Part shown: piece by piece, positions 1-13,110 of the stretch
How positions within the stretch are numbered: the stretch's first letter is position 1
How the letters are laid out: each line of letters opens with the position of its first letter
Assembly (NCBI GenBank): GCA_973895155.1
Contig: OZ316892.1
Span: 20,471,869 to 20,535,868 of the forward strand
Length of the DNA stretch: 64,000 bases
Source of the DNA: Marsupella aquatica
Taxonomy: Eukaryota; Plantae; Marchantiophyta
Direction of reading: 5' to 3'
Position numbers and translations under genes: made by a program
Notes under the pieces: generated by a model
The model's database searches: none
What the model was told of the DNA's origin: nothing
What the model saw: only the letters and a program-made list of their open reading frames with translations

Positions 1-2926
1 AAATGTTCAGATAACCTTCGTATAGTAATATTGATATGTGACATGTAAAGGTCAGGGAAATGTGAATTGTAGATGGGCTCCTGAACGTTTGCAAATGGGT
101 TTCAATCAATTTATGCAAAGGGAAGGCGCTGCTCAATGCACAACCTACTCAGGGCGTACTTCACATAAGTGAAACATCCTTCCCAAAAGTTGTAAGTTGT
201 TGTTCATGCCCAATGTCCAAACTACTCTGTGTCCTTCACAAAAAGATGTGTGTTTCCCAAAAGAGAAGTGACCTTTCTAAAAGGGTCATTTAGCCAAAAC
301 CACTCAAGGCATCATGCACAAAAGTGAAGAGTGGCTTATAAGATTTGACCATTTTGCACTTATTGGTATTGGAGCAAATGATCTGGGAAAAACTTCAAAA
401 TTTGGAGTGAACTTTTGGAATGACCTTGTAACAGCGTGCACTCCTGCAAGTCACAATGTCAATCCTGCAAGTCACAATGTCATTTGTGACTTGCACACCT
501 TGTAGCAAGAGAAGCACTCTGAAAAACAAGATTCCACCATAGTGCTCCTGCAACTTGCAGCTCACTTCACACAATTATTCAAAGTGCCCCTTCTAACAAG
601 AAAAGCACAGTCATCTCTCTAAAAAAAACATTCTTCAAAGTGCCCCTTGTAACAAGAAAAGCACAGACAGTCACCTCTCTAAAAAACATATTCTGCAATA
701 GCACGCATGCAAGTAGCAGTGTCACTTTGCAAAAGTATTTGAAGCTATCTTCGTAAGAAAGCAATGGTCTCTGAAAGACAGGATTCTACAAGAGTATTCT
801 TGCAAGTTGCAACTTATGTCACTTTGCAACAGATCAATGCCTCTTGAGCAAACTATTCAATTCCATGCAAGTAAAAGTGAAGCGCTCACTCATTTAAAAA
901 CCTAAATGAACCTAAACTTGGAGTCACTGGCAGTGATTTGGTCTCTGTCAGTGATTTGGTCACTTACAGGTTTACATTAGGACAAAAGTATTAATAATAG
1001 TATATACACAGCAAATTTATGTCTTTGGCTCCAGCCCATTCCTCCCTAAACCACCATTGGCCATATAAAAGGAGAAGTGTCTAAGACTAATCACATTCTT
1101 CTCCACTAATGTAAGATTTTGCTCCACAATTTCAGTAAAAAGTACTGGAAATGGTGAATTCTATTTTTTGTCATGGCTAGTGACTCTTTAAACCACAACT
1201 GCCCATATATAAGGGGGAAGTGTCCAAAGACTTATTGCTTTCCACATTACATTCACTCCTTTCCTCTAAGGTGCCACTCTAAGGTGCCACTCTGCTCCAC
1301 TATTTTGGGAGCAATTTAGTGTTAATATTGAAATTTGGATCCTAGAGGTAACCCAGAGCTCTTGAAGCCGCAGCTTTGGTTTAATAAGTGCATCTACAAC
1401 TAACTCATTTCTCAAAGAAAGAAAGACTCAATCTTCCCACCTTCACCAAATATAGTGGGAGAGGCCTGCGAAGGTGCAATCGCTTTGTAGGCTCATCAAA
1501 TGGCGAGAACGCAATCCTTGGTTGACCAACACTCTTAGGCTACCGGATTGCCACTTGCGCCTGGGCATGGGAACGCAAGCTGAAGCAATTAGCCCCTTGC
1601 GACTGTAAAAGTGACGATCTTATCAAAGAAGAACTCACACGCCAAATGAATGATCTGTCGTTGGCAGGACACCAAGGCTCGACGAACACCAATGACACAA
1701 CGAGTGCTTTGCATCAGGTTAATTGCCTGGGAAACTCAAACGAAAGCGATCCCATTCGTCGCCATAGGATTTCTTCTGTATTGTCTCTAGCATTCCCCAA
1801 AAGTACGTAGAACCATGTCACGTGTACTAGGTGTTTGATCACGGATTCCAACACGTGAATGTCTTACTTGACTCTCATCGCACATCATTCATTAATGCAT
1901 ACATAGGACCTTGCCAACTCTTAGCTGGCTTGCTCGATAGTCAAATGTTCCACTATGTGTCCTAAACAAATCGAGCGGATGTGTAGAGCTCTGACTGTTA
2001 GTTGGTCAGTTTTCTGCCCCAATGCTGAATGCTTGCGATTACTGCCCACGATCCAACGTACTCTTAAATTTGTACTGACCGAATTAGAAATTAAGGATCC
2101 GCTCTGTACCAAGTATTTGACTGAATTACTAAGCTGTTGGTGAAGATGGAAGCAAATTTAACGCTAGTTTAGTTGCTCTCGTTGTTATGGGGTGAATTAA
2201 AAAAAACTTTTTACGACGTACGCAGCTTATTATTTCATATACATATGCAGCAGATACGGTATTGTCCTGGCCGGTGCCGATTCCAAGTCGCAAATTGCGC
2301 CCTGCGCACATGCCGTTGGTGCAGTCGCTGATGCAATCGTACTCATGTATGTACAGAAATCTTATATGCATGAACTGTCCGATTACTGTTTCTGTTTCAA
2401 CGATCCACCAATTCGGACCCAACTTGGCCAGAACGTAGGCCCGGCCGGCTCCGTCCTCGTGATCTTCGAGGGCAAAGGGATCTGTCCAGTCTTCATACGC
2501 AGATCCTGATATAAATTATTTATATCATGAAGACAGAACTCTGGAACTTGAGCTGCAAACCAACCTATGTGATGTATATATCGGGGCGGTTCTCGCTTGG
2601 CTGCACGATCGGGTGGAGCAAGTGAGGCAAAAATGATTTTCGTTTTACTTCATGCCTGTAGTAAGGTTTACCTGTAGGCAAGTTCTTGAAAAACAAATGC
2701 TGCAGGAAGGAAGGTAGGGGATCGAGATCAGCCTTATCTTAAAGTGGTGTTGAAGTCGCTCACCGGGCAGTATTCCATTTATGGAACAGGAAATAATCTG
2801 AAGCTTCCCTCTAGATCGGCAATTCTCCAAGGTGCCAAGCTTCTTAATGTAGAAGTGACTGTTGTGAGCTTAGCGGAGCCCCGCTTATGTCATGCACTCC
2901 ACTAGTAACTGCACATGGAATCCATG

Positions 2927-3309
2927 GTAAGTACGTAAACTTACTCTCCGACCTTCGCAGTCCATCTTTCACCTCAGAGACAGAATGGAGTTACTGAAGC
3001 TCAAATTCTCTTTTTTCGTTAGATTTCTGTGTTTTCTAGTTTTTCATTAAATAGGTTTCTGTGTTGGGTCTTGCTGATGGTTTAGACAAATCACGCTAGC
3101 GGCGCTGGCCCGAAGGATTACTCAACAAAGGGTACAATAGGAACGTAGATGCTCTTCTCCTATTGTAAAACCACGATATTACACCTTTTTTTCCATACAC
3201 AGCAAAGCCGATCGATCTGGAGTTTGCTATTCAAAATGATGGGTTGGGAAATAAGCTAGTGATAGAATCTATGATAGACTTTACGTTTCGATCTCAAATG
3301 TTGTAGCAG
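2927..3309 (+). other. Probable 5'-UTR intron of the two-TM gene
   Basis: Consensus donor ATG|gtaagt at 2927, T-rich interior, acceptor ttgtagcag| ending 3309, upstream of the ATG at 3499. Confidence 0.4.
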
Positions 3310-3498
3310 GTTGGGGTTAGACAGCATAGTTCATCTGGAGCTACAGATTTGTGAGTTGCCGTTGCAGTTGTGAGAGAAAGACATCAGGGACTAGGAGCAA
3401 CGACAAGAACAAGAACAGCAACATTAGCAACAACACCACTAACAATGCATTGATCTCGATGGCAGCAATCGGTGTAGCTTCTGCGTCATAGAGCGAGC

Positions 3499-6400
3499 AT
3501 GGAGAAATCTAATGCAGAGCCAGCAACGCCGTGGTACGAGAAGTGGAGCTTGTTCGAGGAGCCCCAGGCCGAAACGCCACGAATGAAGCACCCGCTGTTG
3601 GTCTTCGTGTTCAGCAGCATTTTCGTGGTCGGGTGCAGCGTGGTGAGCGTGTGGGTGATCTGGACGTGCGTGCAGGAGTGGCCAACAACCCTGAAGATTT
3701 ACAAGAGCAATGATCCGCGGCCTCGACCGGGCTACACTTGCGCGTGTAGCTTGCCTCATGACTGGTCTGGGCCCGAGGCCGACATGGCTTTTGACCCTGC
3801 CATCTTGCACACATGCTACGAAGAACAGAAGCTCGAGACGGTCACCATTCTGCAGGTGCGAAGAAGAAACTCATCCCTCATGAGGCAAAACTCGCAATTC
3901 ACTCGATCAGGTACCTTCCATCATAATTATAACATACGTATGCAGGTAGTTGGATTTACGAGAGACTAGCCTGGTTACCCCTTCCTTTGCACGTAAATAT
4001 AAATAGAGATAACACAAACAAAAAAACAATCGTTTATCATTCGCCTTTCATCCTTGCTCCCATCCCTCCATCCCTGTTTTCTTTGCTCCCATCCCTGTTT
4101 TTTTGTCTTGCTCCCATCCTTGTGTTTTCTTTGCTCCCATCCCTGTTCTTTGGATTTGCCCTTGTCTTTGCTCCAATCCTTGTCTTTTTTATTCATTTTC
4201 AGTTAGCCCCTCATTGTCAAGGTCTAGAGGCTTCATTCTAGACAAAAGCTTTGATCGCACTTTACTAGTAAGACTGGGGCACTTGGGACTTTTTTCTCAC
4301 TAGCTAGGATGAGTGCACATTCTTACTTCTCTGAATGTAAATAGAATGAGAACAAGAACGGCTGACTGCCAATTTATTAGACTCAAATAGAGGTGAGGGG
4401 AGAAAACACATTGCACAAACAAACAAAAATGCCCTATTGTAAACTGTTCAAATTCCAATGTTTTCAATGACTTGATCCCTCCCTAGTTTTGGCCTGTACC
4501 CTCGCCTTAATCATGCCCCTTAGTCACGGTCTAGAGGCTCCACTCTAGACAATAGGCTCCGCAGGTAGCTTTGGATCATGATTGTATACTAGTTAGACTA
4601 GTTAGATTTTGCCAAAGCAAACTGAAGAGCCACTTCTCATTCTAAAGATAGACTCCAGAACAAACCTCATTTGAAATTATTTTCAATAAATGGAGATAGA
4701 TCCCTTGATTGCTGGAGGTGGAGCTTGCAAATGTTTGAATGGATGGGCTATAAACTTGTAGACAAAATAAGCACTCAGATTAAATAGCATGTACTTGAGC
4801 ACAGTCTGTGCCAGATTAAATCCATACACGTTAAACCAGAATGGGCCCCCAGTTATTGTAAAGGCAGTTGTAACAGTTTCCACTCATTATATGGTCCAGA
4901 TCGAGGTCCAGATTTAATCTCGCAGGGAATAGAAAGAAGACATTGGGCCCTGACATCTTGTATATCCATCATGTAACACTACTAGTTCATTCCCATCCAT
5001 TGCACAAATTAATGTTGAACAAATGAAAATGTCATGCAAAAACTACATCGTTAAGTGTGTCACTGTGAAAAATGTTATTGATGTGGGAAATAGTGAAGGC
5101 ATAAAAGGCAATCTTGACCCAGCCTTCCTGCCCAGCCCCTACACTTGTGCTGCCCAGCTGCAAACCTTTGGCCCTCATGACCGTTTTGTAAGTCTAAATA
5201 GTTTCTTTGTGTACTCCATTCTGTGTGTCACTGTTAAACAAAATTGTGCTTGCACAACTCAGTCCCAAGAGCTTCTCTCACTAAGCTATGCTTGTCTCAG
5301 CAAAGTCTGCTTTGCTTATAATAAATGTTTGCCCCAAGGTTTGACCCACTGTCTAAGCCAGAGAGTCTGGACCACAGGCACTGCCCTTAGATAAACACGT
5401 GCCCGTCGCATTTGTTAGTTTGAAAAGAACTTTCATCTATAATTAGGAAAATGGTCCAGCATAATGTGGCGAGGAGAGGTGGTAGGGACAGTCAGGGTGA
5501 GAGTAGAGGCATAAAAACATAGATCAAGGCTTACTAGAGAAGACTTGAAAAATTCTTTGAAAAACATTAAGGTTTTTCAAATCCAATTTTGTGTTGTAAC
5601 ACAATTAGAGTTTATTTTATCAAATTTTTAGAATATTCCAAGAATATTTTAACTAAGTTGTAGGGTAAAAATGTTCTTGAAATCTTACATTTTAGGGGGT
5701 TCAAGGATGGAGTGATGTGGGGCCTCCATATAGTGAGACCCCCAAGTCAGGAACTTGTTCAATATGTCTTATTCCCAAATATAGAATAGTATTCATTAAG
5801 CACAAGCCAGGGTCTCTGCTAGCCTTGACACTTGCCTGGCTTCCTTCAATATTAAAGTAGTTGTTTAAGTAGAAATATGTCCTAAGTGGCTCGATGCACA
5901 GCAAAGACATCTTGTGTTATTCTCATATGCTGCTTGGATTCAGGTCTTTCTCTATCTGGTGGTCGCACCCTACTTGACTTGGGCTAAGTAAAGTGAAGTG
6001 CCCGCTAAAGTGGGACTAATTCACTGTGAAAATTGATTGCAGTATGACCCTTCCATCACCTTGTTGGGGACTGAAATGCAACACATTCTTGTGGACAACA
6101 AGCTGGCAGTTCTTAGAAATTTCACAGGAGCTTACGAAATTGAAGTGGATTCGAGGGTTAGTGAGCTAACTTTGAGGAAGGGGGATCCAAAGGGATATTT
6201 CAATTCACTCCACGCTTACAAAGGTATCAAGTCTGGTTATGGTAATTGTGTGCAACGTCTTTGAATCAGCTTCAATCAGCTTATTTGAGAGTCAGGCATG
6301 CCAGTTCAGGGTTTATACATTTCACAGGAATATTATATGGAGTGTTTTCTTTGAAGAATTTTTGCCAAACTCTTACCCAATGTTTGTATTGGTTGCTAAT

Positions 6401-9400
6401 AAATACAAAGAAAGAAGCGTGAGCCAAATCCATCATGAAATTGTAGACGATCAAGCAATGCAGATGACATCTGTTTGAGGTGACTAACAATACGTAGCAG
6501 ACTTCCTTCGGACCAAAGTGACTCGACACCACATCCTATACCAAACTCTAAAAGTGTATTCATTTACTTGTATGCAGGCATTGACTCAAATACACTTGAT
6601 ATTCTTTTTGATGATATCTTGAATTCACATGGAGTTCTGGACATTCCCTCCTCTTATGTGCGATGGGGTTTTGAATTTGATTGCATGGATTGCTCAACTT
6701 GCAGCCCCTCCCATCTCAGTGACAAAATTCCCAACTTCTCCTTGAGTGAGGACATCCAGTGGGCATCCTGCTTTCCTTATGGGAAATTTGCCAACAAGTG
6801 CTCCCAAAACAACTCCTATCATGGAAAATGTAATCTTTATCCCACTTCTTTTGTCCCTCCTTTGTTTGCCTTAAAGGAGTTTCTCCAAAACTTCAAGACC
6901 TTCCAAAATATTACCAACATTACTGGTGAGTCTATCTCATTAATCCATTAGTACCCACTAAAGGTGTGTTCACACATGCAATTGTGCCATGTATTATTAT
7001 ATATAAACAAATCTGCAATTGATACTCTACAATGTGAAAACAGTCAACAACACAAATTAAAGTACCTCTTCAATTATTGTACTTTAGTACATATTTGCTT
7101 TTCAGTTTTTAAATAAATTGTCACTAAAGATGTTTGAATTTACAATATTATCACTGTTTATTTTTGTATTTACAAAAATGTCATGGTTTCCATATATAAT
7201 TTCCCTGTTTACCTCGGTAAACTTGTCATCGGTATATGAAACCGTGATATTTCTATAAATATAAAAAAAACAATGACAATAATGTGAATTAGAACATCTT
7301 TAGTGGCAAAATAATTAAAAGTTATTTTACTTTTAATTTAGTTATGTGGGAAGGGAAGGGAAATCAATCATGAGAGAGGAGGCTAATCAATCATTTTCAA
7401 AGTGAAAACTAACTAAGGTATGTAAAGTGAAACAACATTGAGTTACTAATTAGGTATAAGCTGGGATGGGATCTCCTTCCCAAACCTTTTAATAGGATAG
7501 GATTCCATAACTTAAGAGAGAGATCTATTAAATCATGCAGTTACACTAGAACAACATGGATTTAGCGGAACAAAAGCAAGCTCCATTAATAAAAAGTTTA
7601 TAACTGTAATGATAGGTCTAAATCCAGGTAGGCGTACACCTGATGCATTGACACTGGAGTCAAGTTTCATGTACTTGGTGGAGAGTGATGTTAAGGAGAT
7701 ATCAACCGTATCGTGGGGATTCGTGGAGGTGGATGATCAACACCCATGGTGGCAAAATTTACATGACATGTATCCAAATATCTCACAACAGTGCAGGACA
7801 ATGTCAAGTGTACAAGTGTGTCACCTCCCTAAGCTTTGCAGCTCTGCAATTCAAAGATTGGACCAGGATGACACATTTCACTCACATACCAGGTACAAAC
7901 TAAGGGTTACCTAAGCACTCACCTTGTTGCGAACAATTCTTGATTATTTATCAAGTAACTTCCAGGCATGAATTACTACAGTAACGACTGAATGCCAATG
8001 TTGTCCACAGTAGATCTCAACCAATAAGGAGGAGGAACAGCCAAGAAAACTTAGAAATGAAACATGGTGATATAATTTTGTTTGTAATTATAGCTTCTTC
8101 TCTCATTGCACGAATTAATGCTCAAGAAGACAGTATTTTTCTTGTGATCACTTAAGAAATCTTCTATATCCCATGTGTCACATTCTGCTACTATTCAGCA
8201 ATGTTGAGAGCTTTGGTTTCAAGATCTCATGACCTGCCTATAATGAGCTGGTAAGTCCATGCGTTGTATACAATCAACTATGAATAAGTGCAGGCTCCCC
8301 AGAAGACACCAAGTTTGCACGTAATGCACTATCCTATAAGGGCATGGGATACTATTGTTGCACTTCTCCATAATTATGTGCACGGTTTGCACTACCTTAC
8401 AAGTGCATGGGAATGTCGTATGCACTACCCATGTGTTGTCAAGTCACACACCTGAGACTCTTGATACTCTGACCGCTTATATATAGATCACATAGATAAG
8501 TGCATGTAATTACTTTATGTAGTTGGTTGCTGCACTTAATATCAAGAAATGCCTCCTATGTATAAGTCACAGTAACTGATAAATGCATGTGTACACTTAT
8601 ACATGTAAGTGCATATATTTTTGTTGTTGATGCCGGTGTAGATGCAAATTGCATTTTCTGGGTGCATTTACAAAGTTATAATATTAGGGAGCTACATGGC
8701 CGGTCCGCACTTATATATGCCTTGATATATACTACACTTATGAACATTTGACTGTAATGAGGAATTAGCTCTCTTAAAATTGAAGAAGAATTTTTGTTAC
8801 TCTCATGAACAGATGAATCAGTTGCAACGTCAGTAGAAGTACATAAACTAAAGTTAAATGTACTCAGTTAAATTTTCAATTGTCCATGAATAGGTGCATT
8901 CAACATGCAAGTGAAACCTCCTCCTGTCAAGATATGGTGGCATCAACAGGGATGGAAATAGACAATCTGTTGGTTGGTACTGAGGGAGAGAAAAATCAGA
9001 TGGCCAGAATATGTCCGCAGTCAAGTACTTGCGATTCAGTTCCTCCAAATTATGTCACTTATAAGCCTCCTGTGAATTCAAGGACTATTGAAATTGATAG
9101 CAAAAACTACATCCATGGATGGTGCATAAATACCTACAATGGTGTTGTGAGGTGACTCTCAAATTCTGAGCTAGATCAAGAGATAAAAGTACTACAGTAG
9201 CCTGATAGTCGTCTTCAGTTTTAAATTTTTGTTTGGTCTTCTTTGAATCAATCTCAATGTGTGTGGTCATCCTGTCATCATACGTGTTGGGTTTATACAG
9301 ATGCATTCTTGGGATATCATCTAACATAAGGTCTTTGGATAATTATGCCAGGCACAATGAGAGTAAATTCTTGGGGACAAGCTGCCTCAATGGGCTTTGT

Positions 9401-10364
9401 TACTTGACTGGCAAGTAAGTGAATTACATTCCTTATGCCCTTTGCATATTCAAACTTCCAAACAATACTTAACCAGGCCCCTCCTGGGTCTTGAGGACTT
9501 GATGGACAACAAAGATAGATTTAAGGACTTGACCAGGCACTTTCGAGCATGGGCCGTATGAACTCTTAAAATGCAGTAAATTTGCAGATTTTGAGATAAA
9601 AGATTGAGTGTTGGAGATGTCCTAAAAGTCTCAACTTTTGTCACTAGGTGGGTCACTAGGTGACTAACTTTTATCACTAGGTGACTTGACTTTCAAAGAT
9701 CACCCCAAACGCTTTTCAGCTTGACAAACAGAGCTCATTTTGTCATCCAAAACAATATTGGGTTTTACCATCTTAGCAATTGACTGGTTTTGCAGTGCCC
9801 TGTGTAATCAAGGCATACGCACAATATCTGTCACGGAATTAGTACTGCACTTTGAGCATTAAGTTGAGATGGCCCACCATTGAAAGGGCCTGGGCAAGTC
9901 CTCAATTGATCTCTGCCGGGTGTCCATTAAGTCAGGAAGCTAGATGCAGAAGGGCCCTGTTAAGTCCTTTGTAGAAACTTCTATAAAAGTTCAGTTCAAT
10001 AGGGAAATTTTTGAGGCCTTGCTATTGTCCAACTCTTACAACTGCTCGCTTTCAATTTTTGGGGCAATGTTTTTGATCCTAAGCTAAAATCGTTCATGAT
10101 TGTGGCAGATACAATGAAATGGATGATGTGGGTGGTGACTTTCATGTCTTGTCACTTCAAGAATACAACCCCAAGAGTAAGGAAGAATCATTCACATGCT
10201 ACAAGGTGAAGAAGAAATCAGCAATGAGATGGACCATTGATACATTTGGAGTTTTGTTTGGATGGATTGGGACATTGCAGTTGGCGTTTGTCATTGTGCT
10301 CCCTATTCTACTTGATTATATAAAAGCAGTGGAAAAAGATGAAGAGATTCCTATGGACCTCTAA
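3499..10364 (+). CDS. Six-exon gene for a 558-aa two-TM protein with a large Cys-rich loop (DEG/ENaC/P2X-like topology). Exons 3499-3855, 6043-6223, 6578-6925, 7616-7892, 8894-9151, 10109-10364
   Basis: Six separate ORF-track fragments join through canonical GT..AG introns with matching phases 0,1,1,2,2. Donors: CAG|gtgcga, AAG|gtatca, CTG|gtgagt, CAG|gtacaa, GAG|gtgact. Acceptors: ttgcag, atgcag, tgatag, gaatag, tggcag. Summed CDS is 1677 nt = 558 aa + stop. TM1 LLVFVFSSIFVVGCSVVSVWVIW; TM2 WTIDTFGVLFGWIGTLQLAFVIVLPILLDY. Confidence 0.85.
4050..4190. repeat. Degenerate tandem repeat (ttgctcccatccctgttt-like, ~25-30 bp) in intron 1
   Basis: Five imperfect copies of 'ttgctcc(c/a)atcc'. Explains the spurious K/Q-rich ORFs at 3975-4303. 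Confidence 0.7.
7107..7320. mobile_element. Fold-back MITE-like palindrome in intron 3
   Basis: ~90-bp imperfect inverted arms (tgtcactaaagatgttt...atggtttccatata / tatatgaaaccgtg...aacatctttagtggca) around a central gtttacctcggtaaac. Confidence 0.7.
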
Positions 10365-12041
10365 AATGCAAAATGCCACATCATCACGTGATTGGATTAG
10401 AGTTACTTGAAGTTTTTCTTTGGAAGGGCTTACAAAAAATCACGGACACTCGTTTAGGATTTGAGGTGGGGAGCCCACAAATAGTGACCCCCCTACCTGG
10501 ATATAATTGCACACGTGAAGATAATCTGATTGGCACAAAATGATCCTTGAGGTTATTTGAGAGGTTGTATATGTATAGGTAAGGCATAATTTTATCCCAT
10601 GGAAAGGCTTTAAGAGGCTCAGCTTCTATGTACCATGTTGCTATAAGACACCATATAACCTGATTGATACAAAAAGATCCAAGAGGCTATTTGAGTGCAG
10701 TTCCATTCGGGTTCCATTGCATTGCTCACTTCCTCATTGAATGACGTAATATGAAATCTGCACGAAAAAATCTTTTGCAAATCATTAACTATTAACTAAT
10801 CTGAACCACCGCTGTTCATTTTCTAAAATCTGGCGATCTGAGAACGTCACCATAATTAGTCATTTACAATGTTCTTCACACAGTAAAAAGGTGAGGAAAA
10901 AATGATCTGGGTCACCCTAACTAATGTAGTCCATCATAATGTTCTTAACAAAGGAAAAAGTGAGGGAAAAGTGACCACTTAATCCTCCCACAACTTCTGG
11001 GACGGTGGACTAAACTAACTGGACCTCACTAAACCCGGGACTAAACCAAAGATTCCCCCAAAAATGTCTTGCCACAAATTTTATAAGTCACTTACACTCG
11101 AGGTTACATTCAATTATAAATTCAGAATTTAGCTCCCTTTGAACACTTGAACTTGATAGGATCCCAAAATGTTCTTGAATAAACTTTGATACTCTTTGTA
11201 AGTAAATAAAGTTATTTTATTTCCATAATTTGTGCCACTTTTACTAGAATCTTGGTTAAAATATTTCCATACATCATGCAAGTTTAAGAATTCTAATCCA
11301 AGCAAAATCCTCAGGAAAGGAAAGCCCAGATATACACAAATCCCACTCCCATCCCAGATTCCCAATCCCATCCGTAAATCTTGCCGAATCTGGGCTTTCC
11401 TTTCCTGGAAAAATTCCAATGTGACAAGGGAAATGCCTAGGTGAAGTGAAATGCCCCCCGATGCTTTCCTACAAGGACTTAGGATAAGAGAACTTAGGGT
11501 GATAGGGGGAAGGGCCCATGACAGGCGAATGGTCAGGGTGACAACCAAACTAAACAAAACATTCAAATGAAAAGGATATAGCTTTTGGATCATCAGTAAT
11601 AAAGTAGGGTCCATTTTTCATCAACCGTGCGGAAACTAACATTCAAAATGTCTCCTAATATATTCTTTTACATCCATAATGCCAATAACTAACATTGGTA
11701 CATCATGTTGACAACAAAAGTTTCCCGCAGGTCACCATTTATACTCCACAATGTTATCCTCATAAACTTGTGCCCACCAATGTACACTAGCTGGAGAACC
11801 CTTTTCAGGGCAACCATAACTGATGTCTGGGCAGGAGTTAGTGTGTACAACCTGGCATCCGCAATGCTCAAAACAGCTTCCCAGCTGCAATATTATCTTA
11901 AATATACAAAATGTCACCTCTATGGGAGCTATATGGGCAATAACAGTCACTCCAAACTGGAAGCTCTCGTTTTGGGGGGCATTATACCCCAAAATGCCCC
12001 CCCTCCGGAACTTAACTGTATACAAAATGTTTTCCAGTGTC

Positions 12042-12176
12042 TTTGTATACACCCATTACACCACGAAATCAGGCATTTGTTTACACCCATTACACCACGG
12101 AAGCAGCCATTTGTTTACACCCATTACACCACAAAAGCAGCCATTTGTTTACACCCATTACACCACGAAATCAGGC
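12042..12176. repeat. Tandem repeat, ~33-34 bp x4
   Basis: Unit tttgtttacacccattacaccacgaaatcaggca and variants. Confidence 0.85.
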
Positions 12177-13034
12177 AAAGCAGGTGCAAGGTGCCCTTCC
12201 ATGTCAAGAGTGGGTCGCTCAAACGGATCGATGCCTCCTCACTTTCTTCATCTCATCTCATCCCATCCAATAATAATAATTCGATCTCACAGACGTTTCA
12301 GTGCGCTCACTTTGTCGGGGAGATTCGATTTTGCCTCTCCAGTGTTGACTCTCGAGTGAGTGAGAAGCAAGACACTGATGACTTTCGCATGTTAATAAGT
12401 ACAGTACAGTAGAGATGCAGTGGAAAAAGTATGGCAGTGCAGCTTTTTCTTGTGCAAGTACAGTCCAGTCCTCGCCCACCTCTCGCTGCCCACCCATTTT
12501 GTGAGAGAGACGGAGGTGGGCAAAGTGTGCCTTCCTGTAAGTTGTGATGTTGATGATGGTCACGGGAAGAAACCTCTCGTCGTAGCTGCGTTTGCTGGAG
12601 AAGGCAGACAAGTTGATGCAGCACGATTTGTTAGACACAGGGCGGAGAGAACGGCAAGCTCGAGAATCCACTCTAGAGCGGTGGGACTAATGGCCTGAAG
12701 GTGGGTCACCCAAAGAATCGGCAATAAGTGAGAGTGATTGATGAATAAGTGAGTGAGTGAGTGTGCGAGTGATTGGTGAGGGAGAAACTAGAAAGTGAGT
12801 GCGTGAGCTGGGGAGGGGAGCAATTAGGCTGACCCCACATCGTAAAGGGAACTCTCGGCTCCGGACTGTAATGGACTGGGGCTGTCGTTCACTTGGCTTT
12901 TTGTTCTGGACCTACAGAAATTGGGTAGGCATAACTTGCAGACAGGTCGACAACTCTGCTTTATGACCTCCCTTCACTTATTGTTGCAGCAGCCCTTTCG
13001 CACCACCTCAGCCTCGCTCGTCTAGCTCAGCAAG

Positions 13035-13110
13035 CTCTCCCCCCCCCCCCCCAACCTTCTTTTCTCTCTCTGTCTCTCTGTCTCTCTTTCGCTCTTTCGC
13101 TCTTTCTCTG
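13035..13110 (+). repeat. Poly-C and (CT)n/(CTGT)n pyrimidine tract, probably in the STELLO promoter or 5' leader
   Basis: C-run followed by ctctctctgtctctctgtctctctttcgctc, ~1.45 kb upstream of the STELLO ATG. Splice-like signals (aaatgcag|, gaaag|gtacgt) lie between it and the ATG. Confidence 0.5.

Noticed and set aside
1539-1810. ~90-codon open stretch (YRIATCAWAWERKLKQLAPCDCKSDD...) that could be a terminal exon
   Set aside because: No upstream exon identifiable in the window and no recognisable homology.
12042-12176. ~34-bp repeats with CRISPR-like periodicity; overlapping ORFs 11705-12412 and 11823-12359
   Set aside because: Head-to-tail units without spacers in a eukaryotic context. 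The ORFs are stop-poor by virtue of the repeat and show no recognisable domain.
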